Assembly: GCA_040954595.2 (NCBI GenBank)
Contig: CM082591.2
Location: forward strand, 7,988,047 to 8,052,046
Length of the DNA stretch: 64,000 bases
Source of the DNA: Balanoglossus misakiensis
Taxonomy: Eukaryota; Animalia; Hemichordata
Reading direction: 5' to 3'
Part shown: positions 31,877 through 46,034 of the stretch, piece after piece
Position numbering within the stretch: the first letter of the stretch is position 1
How the letters are laid out: each line of letters starts with the position of its first letter
Notes under the pieces: generated by a model
The model's input: only the letters and a program-made list of their open reading frames with translations
What the model was told of the DNA's origin: nothing
The model's database searches: none
Program-made: the position numbers and the translations under genes

Positions 31877-33011
31877 ATGAGCAGTAGATACGTCGTGGGC
31901 CTGCAGGGCAGATTGTACGAAGCGTTGGTGTGCGTCGTCAATCACTTGCAGACATTCGGATGTTGGACTCCCGTCATTGGATGTTCCTGAGTCCGTTTGC
32001 AGCTTTGTTTTTTGTTGCGTGTTTACCGCCCGATGGTTATGGGGTACTTAACCGAGACTTGTTGGTTGTATTTATTTTTTTGTCTGTGGGAACCTGAATT
32101 ATCTGCACGACTTTCATCACTTGATCTTAAAAGCAGTGGTCTGGTGTCCGTAGAATCATGATCTTGACGTCGACCAGGTGAATAGAGAGTGGAGGTCATC
32201 GTGATACGCTCTTGGCCTTTGCACAGTCTGGCCAAGATGAAAAGCGCGGATTGGATAATCTCACACAAACAATCCTGTTCGTGGCAGTGGATTATTCACA
32301 GAGAGAGTTCACAATATACATTTGTGGTCGCCGTTATAACAGTTTGTCAATTTTCTGTATAATCTGGAAACCTGTCTATACAGAACATATTTTCCTGTCC
32401 CTTGGACATAGAACCACATGTTGAAAGAACCTCTATAAACCAGACACCTGTAAACTGAACTTTTTCTTCAGTCCTTTTCTTGGTGTTTGGTTTAGAAAGG
32501 ATTTACTGTACCTAGTGCAACACAAAAAAATAAACTGAAACATCATGTGACATGAGCCATGATGCATTAGGACGAAAATTGGCGGGTAGGAATAAATTAG
32601 TGGTCTAGTGTGAACTAACTTAGGGGTGCTGTAACATAAATTGTATGATGAAGGGTGCTACATGTAAAAAATGAATGCATAGTTGCAAATGTGACTAAAA
32701 TCTAAAATGGATTGTCGTTAGTTTGGAATTGGGAGACACGAGTTGAAAATGATACGACTTTGAGAGTGGCTAGTTTGCGTATGTTTGTTGAAAATGCTGA
32801 CTGGAGAATTGCAAATGCGGGTACGTACATGTACATGTGTGTTTCTGTGTGAAATGCAAATTTGAAGAGTAGCAAATGTGGCTACATGTATTCACAAATG
32901 CGACTTCAAAAGTTGTAAATGCAACATCCAGTCAAAGCTGTAACATGATTTGAAAATGGGTGTCTGAATTTTGGCCCTGATTTACGCTCCAAAAGCTTGA
33001 TTGCATCATAA

Positions 33012-33272
33012 GGCTAAATAAAAAATATGCACAGCACTGTTCCGATTTCATGGTTTTCAAAAATGTTCAATTTATTTTTTATATCTTTGCTACAGTAGTG
33101 TAGAAGAATGACGTCATAGTTCTTGCGTGATTATCACAATTTACATAAATGTTGTATATTTGACATTGTAATTTTTACTTCTGGTTTACGAAGCTCTAAA
33201 AAGTTTAGGGTCGGCGGGCTAAAATTAGGGTAGGTCGGGTAGTCGGAACAGCACATATTTTTTTAATTGGCC
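33012..33272. mobile_element. Harbinger-like MITE (copy at ~56224-56468)
   Basis: TAA-flanked imperfect TIRs ggctaaataaaaaatatg / catattttttttaattggcc. Confidence 0.6.
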
Positions 33273-33309
33273 TAAGTTACTTGACCCTAACAGAATTGTG
33301 ATATCTGCC

Positions 33310-34050
33310 TTCTCTTAGTAGCTTCACTGTCAATGACATGGAACTTATCAGATGGGTTGATTGTCTGTCATCATTTGTATGTCTGTCCGTCCATTAATAA
33401 TTGACTTCTTAAAGACTGCAGGTTATACAGTTTTGTAATTTTGGTGTAAAGGTTACCATTAGGATGATCTGAGTCAGATTTGTTCAAATTTTGACAGAAT
33501 TTGCAAATTTGTATTTTTGAGTCAAGTTTTGTGGGTTTTGGTGAAAAAAATTATCTTCTCTGACACAACCCGATTGATTATTTCAAAATTTGGTATGCAA
33601 GTTCCTAGGAGTGACATTTATAATTTTGTTCAAATTGTGGTAAAATTTGCAATTTGAGGGCAATTTTAGCTGTTGGGTAGGACAATCTTCTCAGAAACTG
33701 TTTGTCCAATTCCTTACATTGTCAGATGGGAGCATATATTGCCTTACAATTTGGTATGCAGGTCCAAGGGGTGCTCTAAGAGACAAATGTGATGGAATTT
33801 GTAATATTGTATTTTTACATTTTTTTTCAACTTTTGGTTTAAAAAAAAGTATTGAAAATTCCATGTGTGCAATTGTTTTGAACTCTGGTGTGAAGGTCCC
33901 TGGTCAAATTTCTTTTAATGTTGACACATTTTTTATTAGCATATTTTGGCCACATGGGGTGCAGAGTAGGGGGTGAGCGGGGGAGGTAAATTTGCCTTTG
34001 AACTCTGCTGTTTCAAGTTTGTCCAAATCTCAAAAGAAGTGTGCACTTAA
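33310..34050. mobile_element. Probable degenerate interspersed repeat with a GTCC/GTCT microsatellite and internal subrepeats (HINE/pearl-like); copy at ~56505-57200
   Basis: tgtctgtccgtcc near the 5' end and recurrent aatttggtatgca..cc.ag motifs. Family assignment is weak. Confidence 0.35.
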
Positions 34051-35568
34051 TTCAGAAGCATTTTGGAAGTTCACAGTGAAGCAGTATCTGCCACAGGGGG
34101 TGCAGGGTAGGGGGTGAGGGGGATGTCATCAAAGCAAATCCACTGACCTCCCCTCCCCAGGCTAGAGAAAATGACCAGTCCCTTATAGGGACTAAATCAT
34201 CCACTATGTTGCTAGTTTCATGACATCTTCTGTAATGGGTGGTGTAACCTAATTTTTCAGTAAAATTAATCTTTATTGCAATTTATTTATTTATGATGTA
34301 ATTGTCATGGTCAAGACTGGCTGTAAATTTATGATTCTCACGTGGAAATAAAAAGACATGACAAACCTGAAATTGTTTTCTATGTTTTAATTTGGTTTGT
34401 ATGTAATGAATTTGATTGTCCTTGTCATCATATCCGTGCTGCAGTTGTTAGATCGATATATTGTTCTAAGCTGGATAATTCGATTCTCTTCAAAACAACG
34501 AGTACAGATCGTCAATGGACGCCATTTTGAAAATCGCACGACTTCTCAATATTAAAAGCCAAAAGGTTTGTGGTAAATGCCAAACCGATAATCGACAAAA
34601 GCGTCGTCAACAGGTTTTTACGTTTACTATTTACATAAAAATGGCAGCAAGAACGAAAAAAATCGTAATCATTTTGCAGGTCACTGCGGATAAAATTCCT
34701 GTGTCTGTTCAAACAAAAGAATGTAAAGTAATGAACGGTCCTATACAACCAAGGTACACATAAATATGTGTCGATATATCAAAATTCACGTGAATGAATA
34801 TGAAAAATCACAAAAACGCGACGTCAAAGGATTTTCAGTTGTATTTCAAATCACCTGTTGCAAAAAAGTCCTTAGTAAATGCCATATATTAGGCAAACCA
34901 GAACGAACAATAAATTGCTAGAAAATCGAGATTGACTGAAAGTGACTGTTCAGAACTTACTTCCAGGGTGGGGCCAGAGGATTTTCCTGGTGATTTTTTC
35001 CCAGCCCCCCCCCCCCCCAGTAAATTGTGGAGGAAATCTGTGGTCCCCTATTTCCTGGGTTTTTTCCCATGGCCCCCCCTTAAGGATTTAGATTTTTATG
35101 TCTGGTCACCCCCCCCCCTAATTTTTCTCGGAGAAAGTGGGTGCCCCCCCCCTAAAAATCCTCTGTCCCCTGGAAGTAAATTCTGAACAGTCCCTTAAAG
35201 TTATTTATCAAAATACACCCAAGTTGAGTGTCCAATTCAATATGGCTGCTTTTGTCGCCATAACAACATAAGTCATTTACCTGTCAAATTATTACTCATT
35301 GTCTTCAAACGCGTGTGTGAGAATAAAATGAACATGTTGCAGATCTGTTCTCAGTCAGTAGAGCCAATTCTCAGGGTTGTAAACAACAAAAAGTAGGAAC
35401 AAATGTGAGTTTTGTATTTCATACACTTATATTTCCACGAGGGTATGTCTACATGTCAACCTGAATTGTCAGCTTCATTGATGAAGAATTGTGTTCATTT
35501 GACTTGTGAAGGTACTGTTTATGAATAAATATGAAAATATTTCCAAATGCTGTTTTGACTTTATTACT

Positions 35569-35734
35569 AGCACATGGATGTGTGTTTGAATGAGGCATTT
35601 TTGAAAGCCTTTGAATTTTATAACATGGAAAATCCTGAAGAAGAAAAAATATCTGGATGGAAACTTGATCTAACCAATGAAGAAATCATAGAATCTCAGT
35701 TGCTCATGCTTTGTGCATGAATGTAAAGCATGAT
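35569..35734. repeat. Single copy of the 165-bp satellite monomer
   Basis: One unit, with the same left and right flanks as the 3-copy array in A. Confidence 0.92.
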
Positions 35735-37293
35735 CAAACACACAGGTATTGATTTTATCACATTCTCATTTATTTCAGTATATTTACTTTGGCGCTACAT
35801 GTAGATATATGTTGCCAAAAAACTGATTTGCATAGTAGTTGTGACACACAAACACATCACCCAACACGTTCACTAATATAGTACAAATTCTAGATTACAA
35901 CCGATGGGGTAACAGACTTGCAAAACTTTTAAAAATACGTTCTACAATAATGGGATAGTTTTTCCATAAGTTCTTGCATCAAGTTCAATAGTAACACAAC
36001 TATCGACTATTGATAAAGTCAATGCCATATACAGATGTATACTTTTCAATTATGCATTCAAGTCTTAAATTTTAACGAATTCAAAGTATAATACAGCAAA
36101 TACAAACAGACAGTGTAATTATTTACAAAACAAATTCAAAAACTACCAGCCCCTAAGTTTACTCCCCATAAAAATGTCACTATAGTTGTCTACTCAAGTA
36201 ACTTAACTGTACTTCACAAGAAAACAAAACAATATACAGAAATCATAAAATTTGCGCAAAAGTCATCGCTAGCCAAGCTTAGGAGGACTTCCCTCAAAAC
36301 GTACACTTTGTACAGCTCTGGGCAACAGTCAGCCTGATAGCAAAAACGATCATAGCGCCCCCTGCCGGCAGTATTTATATCTTTTCGTAAAGTAGTTGAC
36401 TTTCAGCCAGTACAGCAAATTTTTACTTTTTGAAATCCGGTGAAACAAAATAAAAATAGTTGACATTCTTTACATATCTCATAAAAACTGCAAAGTCATT
36501 CTGCAGCGTTGTAGTCTCATGTCAGAGTCTCGATCGAGCTAGCTGCAAGTGCGCCCTCTACACCGTTAAAAACAAAATGTAAAAGACTGTCGTTCACATC
36601 CCTTGTTCATATATTTTTGAAATAACAACAATTTCGGACTAACGAATGGTAATCTATATAAATTACAACGCAATACATATCAGGCGATTTACAGGTAAGT
36701 TTTTAGAATTATTTTGCATACATAATTTGATGAATCGCCTTCATCCTTTCGGATGCAATGGAGATCTGATGGGAAGTGGACTGTACATCATAACTTTCAG
36801 ACCCCTCCATGTCAAAATTCATGAAAAAAACGAGTAAAAATTCTCCAAAACGACTCAGATTTGGATTATTTATACTCGATATATGAAGCGACTGTAGGCT
36901 GAAATATTATTTTTCCAAAATGAGCTTTGTAAATGTGAAAAAAAGAACCCAATTTTTGATTGTTTACATGCCAAGTTGACGGAATGCATTCAATTTCAAA
37001 CAGTCTTGTCTCAAAATTCCTCAAAATAAACTGCAAAAATTACTCAAAACACTCTCAGTTTATTTTGCCTCCACTCAGTACATGTAGCGACTGCACCTAC
37101 AATTAATTTCTGTTCTGAATTTTTCTTCAAAATGTGGAAAATAACTCCAAAAATTGTGAAAGTGACATTGGTTCAGTTTGAACTTTGTTGCCATGGCATG
37201 CGATCAATCGTAAATTTATCGACGCAGCCTCTAAATTTTCTCCCAAATTTCACTATTTTTGATGTCGTGTTGACATGTATTTCATGGTGATGT

Positions 37294-38111
37294 TTATGTC
37301 TGCTTGTAGAATACTTTGATTTGGTCTCTGCCATCCCCTCCAACAGCAATTCTGTCACCGCTGACTGCAAGGAACCAGGGGCGTCTCACCTCACCTTCAA
37401 ATAAGTGACAGATCCACTCTCCATCAAATCTCCATTTCACAATCCTATAATTCACATAATCACACACAAACAAATTATCGTCGTCATCCACGTCAATGCT
37501 GCGTGGATGCCACAGCTGACCAGGACCTTCACCTCTCACACCAAATTGATACAAGAATTTCAATTCAGCATCAAAACACTTGATGCAGTCATTGTAACAG
37601 TCAGACACCATGATGACATTCTTACTGTTGACCACCACAGAGTATGGGGAACTGAATTGTGTTTGGCCATCACCTTCACCACCAACCTCTGCAACATACT
37701 GACCATCTTGGGTGTACTTGAGTAGCCGATGACCTCTGACCTCAGTGACCAAAACAAATCCATTCAGTAGAGCGATGCCCCAAGCCCTGACGCCTGCAGG
37801 TAGAGTAATTATTCTAAGAATTTTATTGTTTTGATCACAAACAACAATTTGATAATTTCCAACATCACTTATGAAGTAGATGTTGTCACGGGAGACAGCT
37901 ACATCCCGTGGCTGGAATGGCTTTGCAAACTGACCATCAAAACTTCCCAAGACTTTGTCACAGGTGTAATCTTGATTCAGTATCTGTATAACCCTGTTGC
38001 CTTGGTCACACACCACCAGTTTGTCACCATGGAACACCATACCTCTTGGTCCGTTAAACTTTCGCCCTGGCTTTGGACTTTGGCCATCCAGTGTCCTCAC
38101 TGACCAGTGAC
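37294..38111 (-). CDS. Terminal exon B: NHL beta-propeller
   Basis: 268-aa ORF, collinear with A without gaps. Confidence 0.93.
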
Positions 38112-41100
38112 CTGTTAGGTGAAACAGAGGTCAAAGGTCAAACATGCTGTACCCTATTGAAATGCATTAGGAATATGATGCTGGAGTTAGTGTTTTATTG
38201 TTCATTTTAACAAGAAAAAGCATATTACAAATGAAACGAATCATTGCTATGGCAACTGAACTACTAAAGGGCAGTGTTTCCACTCAATGTTTACAGTGAC
38301 AAGTAACCATGGCAACGAGACTAACCCTTAGTTTCTGGAACTATTTCTTTTTCTCTGCAATACCGAGGAAGAAATTTACTGTGTCTCTTTGTTGACAGAT
38401 TATTATAATATGCATGAAAGACTTTCTTATTTAACCATTCAAAAGACATACTAACATTGATGTTGCTATGGTAACACATTTAAGGAAATCAGGTCAAAAA
38501 TAATATTTTTCATGTAACTTTTGACTTCATAGACATTTCATAAAAAATCTTGCACTAAACTTCAGGGATAATTTCTTAGTTCATTATTGTTCTGAACAAA
38601 TTTATTATGGTAACATTATTAATTGGTAACCATGACAACTGAATTTATTTTGAAAAATATTGCATTATGCAAGAGTTCTAAAGTGTTTCAATAAAACTTC
38701 TTTTAACAAATCGAATTAATGCTTGGATAAATTTTCTGCCAAAGTACTCTATATGTTTGAAGTCTTTCAATACCAAGTAACCATGGTAACATACATGGAA
38801 CAGATCAGTAAAACAATGATCATTGTTTTTTAATTTTAAAGATGGTTATGTTGAATATATTGATTTTGATATTTCTTGATAACATGGTTACAATCATTTT
38901 GAACCACATACACATACACTAGTTAGTAGGTCAGCAAGTTCTTGGTTTGTGTTATAGGTGGGAAAAGAAAAATGCCTTATGAATGAGATGAATATACATT
39001 TGTTTCTTTTTCTAGTTGACCAGAGATGGTCTGCTTTCAAATCAGTAATTATCACATTGGTGAAGAGAGAACAAATCTACTGTCCTTAGCTGAGAAGGCT
39101 GCCACTTTCTGAGACCAAGTGAGTATTTTTGTTGGACAAGTGCAGGAGAAAATAATTGTTGTAACTTTAACTTCAGAGAATTTACTGATAAATGTTGTCC
39201 TATAATAGTGGGCTACTTGAAACGAAAATAGACTATTGAAAATGGTAAAATATTTTGAGTAGAAAATCTATCTTAAAGAAGTTTGTTAATCATTGCAGAT
39301 GATCTGAAAGATGGAAAACCTACAGTCACTTAGGATGAGTCGTGATAATGGTCTGTCTCAATACCACTGGCTGTTCCAGATTGTCACTTGGATAAAAAAA
39401 TTGGTAAGTCCCTAATTTGAATTTCATAATTTAAATTGTACTATAAATGCAGTGGGGTAAGCTAAATGTGTAAAACATTTTCGTACAGTGCTATTAACCC
39501 TTTTACCACCATGGTTTAGTCCAAGTCCATTGTCTTCTATGGTAAATGTGGACCTCTATAGAGGGAACTAGGGGGTAAAGGGTTAACATGTGGTCCTTGA
39601 GGAAACACTGAAAGACTATTAGCCACTGATGCTTTACTCTGAACAGATGATTCCAGTGAAATGTGTACTTTTACAGTTAGCCTCGACATTTTCTGAGCAT
39701 GTCTGGTTTCATTGCCTTACCTTTCTCACCTGTAGTCTGTCTTTTTTTTGACTTTGGTTCATCTTGTTTGGTTAGGTCTGCAGACCCAGATGCATCTTCT
39801 CTTCTCATCTCAGGTTGTGTTGGTTTGATTTTGGCATCCCCAGTTTCTTTTTCTGCAGTTGTCTCAGGTTGTGGATGTTTGGTTTCCCCCGATCCAGTTT
39901 CTTCTTCTCTTCTCATCTCAGGTTGTGTTGGTTTGGTTTTGGCATCCTCAGTTTCTTTTTCCTCAGTAGTTTCAGTATCACCAGCTTTAATTCAAAATTG
40001 AAATGAGAAGACAGACATTTAATTCCCTTGAGATTGTAATGTTAATAAATATATCTTCAGAAGCCTGATAAACAGTGTTGAAAATTAAACAGAATATGGT
40101 GACCTCAGTTTAAAGTAGAAAAAAAATCAGAAACATTCTCGTATACAGTTAATGATAGTGAAAATTGAAGCAACAAGATAAAATGAAAGCCAATATGGTA
40201 CATCCTCTGGATTGTTGTAATCTTCAGCATGTCTCATGTACAAGGCTTAATAATAATATGAACCAGCCATTGTTTATGACACATGTGATCACATCCCAAA
40301 GTAAAACTTAAAATAAATCTCACCTTGTTCAGTTTTCAATGTGATCTCTTCTCCCAGTTGAAGACTCATAGCCTTTTTCAGTTGCAGCTCATTATCATAT
40401 TGCTCATCATGTTTTTTTGATAATTTCAACTTGAGTTCAGCAATTATTTGGTCTTTCTGATCAAGTTTGGACTTCAACTCTTGGATGTGTCTAGGGTCTG
40501 ATTCTTCTAATCTTTGTTTGAGGGAAATGACATCCAGAAGTTGTGTGAAAGCTACTTTTTCAGTTTTTTCAAGTTTCTGAACACAATCTTTGTACTGCTT
40601 TTCTAGGAGGGACTTTTCCTGAATTGCTTCTTTCAACTGATTCTGTAGAATCGTGTTTTCTGCTCGAAGTTTGAACTTTTCTGCCAAGGTCTCATCCATC
40701 TGCTGTTTTAGAGATTTCTTATCTGATTTCTGGGACTGCATTTCTTGGAACTGTTTTAGACTAACTTCAAAGGGCAGTAAGCTTTGTGCTTGTGAGCTGA
40801 TAGATTCATCTGGAATGGAAAGAACTGGTGTGCCATATTGTATGATTTTTCCCTCCAAATCTGAAATGAAGTAGATTAAATAATTATATGTAGGATGTAC
40901 ATTTAGCAATCTGCAGATCTGAGTAGATGCTGTTGCCAAATACTTCACTTTCACCTTATTATGTAAATCTGTGAAGTCAATTTCACCAAATTATTGACCT
41001 AGGTATGATATGCAGGAAATTTCTTTGCCAAATTCCAAACATTTTGAATGCTCCAATTCTATATAAATTGATAGAAAATTTACTGATGGATGTATGGCAA

Positions 41101-44100
41101 TAATTGTTTGTTTTGACTTGTGAGTAGTCATTTTTAAAGACAAGGAAAATATTTCCTGTACAGATTTGCTAGCTGCTTTGTAAAAGTACCACAACCACAG
41201 AAAAGCTTACACTAACTACCGTACAACCTCATATCTTGGAACTGAAAGAAAGAAATTCTCAGAGTTTCAGTCAAACCTTTGGAGTGTGTAATATGCCTGT
41301 CAGACTTGGTGACTAATGTAATGAAAATCACTGTTTATTACCTGATTCACTGAAATCAGCCCTTTCTGTGTCAGTCATAAGATACCTTCTAATACCCAGT
41401 AACGCTAAGACTTGAGGTCTGTGAGATAGGATATGCTGAACTTTCTTGGTCATTTTCCCTGATAGTTGTATGATGTCAAACTCTCTTCCTTTCTGTCTTT
41501 TACACTGCTCACTGTCAAATATCAGAGGTGCATGTTTGTCTGCTAACTTCTGGAATTCACATGTTGGATCAATCTCCAGAAATGTCTTGTATATTGTCCC
41601 ACCTGCAAGACATACATGATGTACAATTCTTTTTACTTTTTTGGTAAAACAATTCCCATCTTAATGATGGAATGTCTCTATCTGTGATTAAATGGTCTCT
41701 ATCAAAGAGGCCTAAACTGGCACCTTTGCCCAGAGTAACAGTAGGTTTAGGAAACTCAAATGATATAACAACATACATCATGTATGAACATGATGATCAA
41801 GCCCAAAATCTTGTACTTACCTCGTTTCAGGTCAATCTGGAACTGATCAGAATGAATTTCCATCTCTGCATCTTGGAAAGCAAGACATGTTCTTTGATCC
41901 TTAATTGGATATAATGGAGATTTAGTATTTATTAGTATATGGTAGTGAATAATTAATAATACAGAAAATTATTGTTTTCAGAATCATTACAGTAACTGTG
42001 TTGTCATTTAATTTAACATGATATTGTTTCATTCACTCACATAACACACTAACATAACAATCTCAATATATCTTTACCTGATCAATTATATCATCATCAC
42101 TTTCCTCTTCTACACTGTCATCACACACTTTCACTGATCTTATTCCCCCACCATCTCCTGGAAGATAATAAAACAGGAAATGTATAGTGTATTATATTAT
42201 ACCAGTATATTGATGGTGTAAATCACGCTATTTTATTGGTCGAGACACGACACGTGACTGTGATATATTAGCCATATACCCCAGTCATATATCATAGTCA
42301 AAGAAAATGCCTTTTTAAAATGTTTTATGCAAAGTTTCAATATACTGGCATAATATAATAGCAATAAAACACCCCCAGCCATGGTATACCACGAGATTTT
42401 GACCAGTTCAACTCCATATACGCACGAGCGATAGCGAGTGCGTATATGGAGTTGAACTGGTCAAAATCGAGTGGTATACCATGGCTGGGGGTGTTTTATT
42501 GCTTAAATACGTACACTCTTGATTCTTTGGAAAAAATGTCTAAGACTTGAGAAATTAGCTTAGAGATAATACAGTTAACGATGCAACATGTTTTGAATTT
42601 GTTTGTCAGAAAATTTTTTTATATTGCATCTTTAAAATTTATTTTGAAGTGTTTAGTGTTTCAGTGAAGTTTGCACCTTTGTTATAAGCGTATAGTTACT
42701 ATTTCTTTACTTGCAAGAGAGGATGTCTGTACAGTCTAGTGCCAAAATGTAAAAATCAGAAATGTAAAATGTAAAACTAAAAATCAGAAACTTAGGAACA
42801 GACTTACTGTTCAGAAAGAATAGTTCCAGTTCATCAAATCTGGCTTGGTCATATGTTGCTGTCAACTGTAGTGGAATTCCAGCTGTGTTGGCCTCTGTCA
42901 TTTCATCTGTCATCAAGATTGGTTCTAATGCCTTGGCTAAACTTCTCGAATCTTCAAGACAGCTTCCTCGCAATCTGTAGAGATTATAAAGTCTACGCAT
43001 GTTGGCTGTGATTTGCAGAGACCCTGATTCCATATTGGTTATGTCCACTTCACCCAGTTTGTCAGTGCAGGCCTTCTTGACTTTGTTGATGTCATCACCG
43101 TTGGTTACCACTTCAGCTGCTCTTCTCTCCAACCCCTGTTTGCATTTGTCCCAAGATGCAGAAGCCGCCTGCTGCATTGCCTCGTTCGGTGCTTCGTCTT
43201 GTAGATGCTGCTGATAGGCATTTTCATTCAGTCCGACATGGATTGTAATTGTTGTGTCATCATGGTTTTCTGTGTTTTGTAGCGGCTCTGCTGTCATACT
43301 TGTATCCGTTTCATCCAATTCCTTAATGTGGACTTTCGTGGCTTGTTGGTTTGTGTCATTCAATGCTTCTTCTGCTGTTCTCTTTGCTGGTGGTTGACTT
43401 GGTGTCCGCTGCTCTGCTGTTGTTGGATTTTGTTGACGAACATCTCCATCTGGCTGGACTGGAACTGCAATTGCTGTTTACGAATGGGAGAAGTACATTA
43501 AGCTGTATGACATGTTTGAAGCAAACTCATTGTTTGAATGATTAGCTGGCTAAAAAAAAGTTTAAACTGATAATAGAACACAAAATATCATATACCTCAT
43601 ACCGGTATATACCTCATATACCAGTGCATTTAGATCTGGTCTTTCAACAACAACAAAATAGTACAGTTGGGGTATTGTTATGGGGAAACTTTATAGAGCC
43701 ACATTATTTATTAACATGCTGCAACACTATCTGAATGAGGATTGAATTCAAAGTGCAGACATCCAGCCTTGAAGTTAAAGAATAAAGAAAACTTAACCAA
43801 TGAATCCTTAACCAAACATAAGATTACTTAAACTGTACCTGTTGCTTTTGTTGTTTCCTTACTGCATTGCTCATGTTCATCTTCCTGTTGTTTTCTTCCC
43901 TTTGGTGTCAACATACTGGCAAATGTTGCATAACTCTTTTTGACATCTTCACTCTCCATGAAAGCCTTCTTCAGCTTCTTAGCTTCTTCAAAAGCTGACC
44001 TGGTCTTCTTGACATTCCATATTATCTTCTCTGAAATCTCATCACATGAGTGTGAAACTACAAATCTGTCTGCGTAGTATGGAAAGTATTTCTTGATGAA

Positions 44101-45546
44101 CTTTCCAAGCTGGGAATATTCAGTGGGATAGGTTGGTGTTCCGGATGCTACACCTTCTAAACCACTAAATCCATAGTCGTCACTGAAAGGTGGTGGAAGG
44201 CAAATGTCAGATTGACAAAGTGATCTCCTTAAGGTCTTTGCCGAGTAAGCAGGGAGAAGATGTGCCTTTACGTGATCGCTGTTTATCTGCTGTAGGAGAT
44301 ATTTTCGTTCAGCATGACCTGCTTGTCGAGAAGCTCCCTGTACTGACCATTTCAGAAGTTTGTCATCAACATCTTTCAGTGCTTTTGCTGCACTTCCAAT
44401 AGAAGCTGCTAGTGTCTCACATCTGTCCAGGGCTTCTTGGGTATCAATCGGTCCGTATGTCAGTATGCTGTGAGTTGTCACTTCATCTGGTAACTTTGGG
44501 TCCATCTTGAAAAAGACTTCAGCAGGTTTGGGTATAATCTCTGCATGAGGGATCATGTGTAGTTCCCTGTCATCAAAGGTAGCCCGGTATTCATTCTTGA
44601 AATGCTCATATATACTTGGACCAATTGAGAATATGATGTCAGCTTCACTGGCCATCTTCAGCATCATTTCACTAAACTTTTCTGTTGATAATCCCAGCAG
44701 ACAGTTATCATCTTCATAGGCATGGTTGATCATCACTAGTTCTGCACCTGGAAATACTTTCTCTCTGATGTCTGCAGCAGCGAGGAAAGTCTTGGGAGCA
44801 TAACCAACAACATGCTGGATGTTTACAAGCTTTTGTAAGTCAGGGTAGTAGATTTTATGATACATCAACCACTTTAATTCTGGCTTGTCTTCATCTGGGT
44901 CGATTCTTCCCTGTCTTTGTGCTGCAATCAATTTAACCCGACACTTGGCAGCATCTGCCTTCTGGTCATCACTGGCTTTGACACCAACAAAGGTGGAGTA
45001 GGCTTGAACAGGAGTGCCTTCTTCTTCTTTCCTTGCACAGAAATCTTGTACGAGAATTCTGTGAAACCCAGTCAAGCCACAATCTTCTTTGTTCCATTCA
45101 TTATACACAAACAGTGCACCAGGAGGTGGATCTGGAAGATGGAGTTGATGAAGATTGGCTTCAGGGAAGAGACTTTCGTGGATTGCTTTGGCTGCATTGT
45201 GTGTCTGTGGAGAATATCCGACTACATGTTGGATGTTTTTCAGTTTCTTCAGTTCTGGGAAGTGGATATTGTGGCTGGCAAACCAGTGTACTCCAGGAGG
45301 GTCTTCATGAGGATCCAACCACTTGTCTCTTATAGCTGGGATCAAAGTGACATTCACACTCTTTGCATCTTTCTTTTGTTCTTCACTCACTTCAACTTCA
45401 AGGGTTGTACAGTGGAATTCAGAAACGTTCTCAGACTGGAGTGTGTTTTCTTGGAGATGTTTGATTATAGCTTGAGTTGGTTGGGACGTCTTTGCCTCCT
45501 TGTCCCATGATTTCAATACAACCAGTGCTGCAGATGGTTCTGACAT
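37294..45546 (-). CDS. Gene B: paralog of gene A, ~1470 aa. Exons: 45546-43839, 43473-42808, 42157-42078, 41899-41821, 41602-41342, 40860-40324, 39984-39721, 38111-37294
   Basis: All junctions are GT-AG; lengths sum to 4413 nt = 1471 codons, open. Same domain order as A, with only one extra GT N-lobe module and no 150/63-nt exons. Confidence 0.85.
39498..39582. mobile_element. Tiny piggyBac-like MITE
   Basis: TTAA-cccttttacc ... ggtaaaggg-TTAA. Confidence 0.65.
42192..42506 (+). mobile_element. TSD-less long-hairpin element, family 1 (flop isomer), in an intron of gene B
   Basis: Near-identical to 15885-16198 but with the hairpin interior reverse-complemented; flanks tgta|ata. Confidence 0.88.
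43839..45546 (-). CDS. Large exon B: one extra GT N-lobe module (45546-45121) plus GT4-like domain
   Basis: 582-aa ORF; motif DDYGFSGLEGVASGTP; acceptor cttcctgatag at 45553. Confidence 0.85.
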
Positions 45547-46034
45547 TGTATTCCTATCAGGAAGAAGTATGGGCAAGGAAATATGTGAGATTGTAACAAC
45601 TGTTTCTCTGAAGATTGACTGTTTAAATATCCATGCACATAGTCACATTGCAATACTGAGTAGGGAGCTAGAAGGTCAAATGAGGTCACAGTGGATTAGA
45701 AATCAGGCTACAACATGTCTGATTAAATATTAACTCAATACTGCAATATATGACATCATGAGTGACCATACAAATACACAGTTTTACAAAATGTACTTAT
45801 TACCAAATTATGAGAATTTTAGGTCTGTATATAGACCTCCATATGACAAATGGCCAGGTTGTGTGGTAATTTGTAACTTGTATAGCCTTTGTTATACGGT
45901 AGAATGGCGACAAAACATGTAGTTAATATACAATTGTACAGTTATTCTACATGATTGACAGATTGATACTGTGGAAGGGCAGTGGAGCCTGGAAGGTCAA
46001 ATGAGGTCACACCGCGACAATATGTATGGTTTAA

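Larger units (their letters stand above)
1..34050. repeat. Tandem segmental duplication, unit A (boundary arbitrary; array probably continues to the left)
   Basis: The sequence at 1 (ttcagaagcattttg..) recurs at 34051 and 57209. The order of gene, LINEs and MITEs is collinear with unit B. Confidence 0.95.

Noticed and set aside
31725-32060. Apparent L1 ORF1-like peptide (AHR..RKL..VYVSDD)
   Set aside because: Much of the resemblance falls within a small TIR element (31731-31876), so it is probably coincidental.
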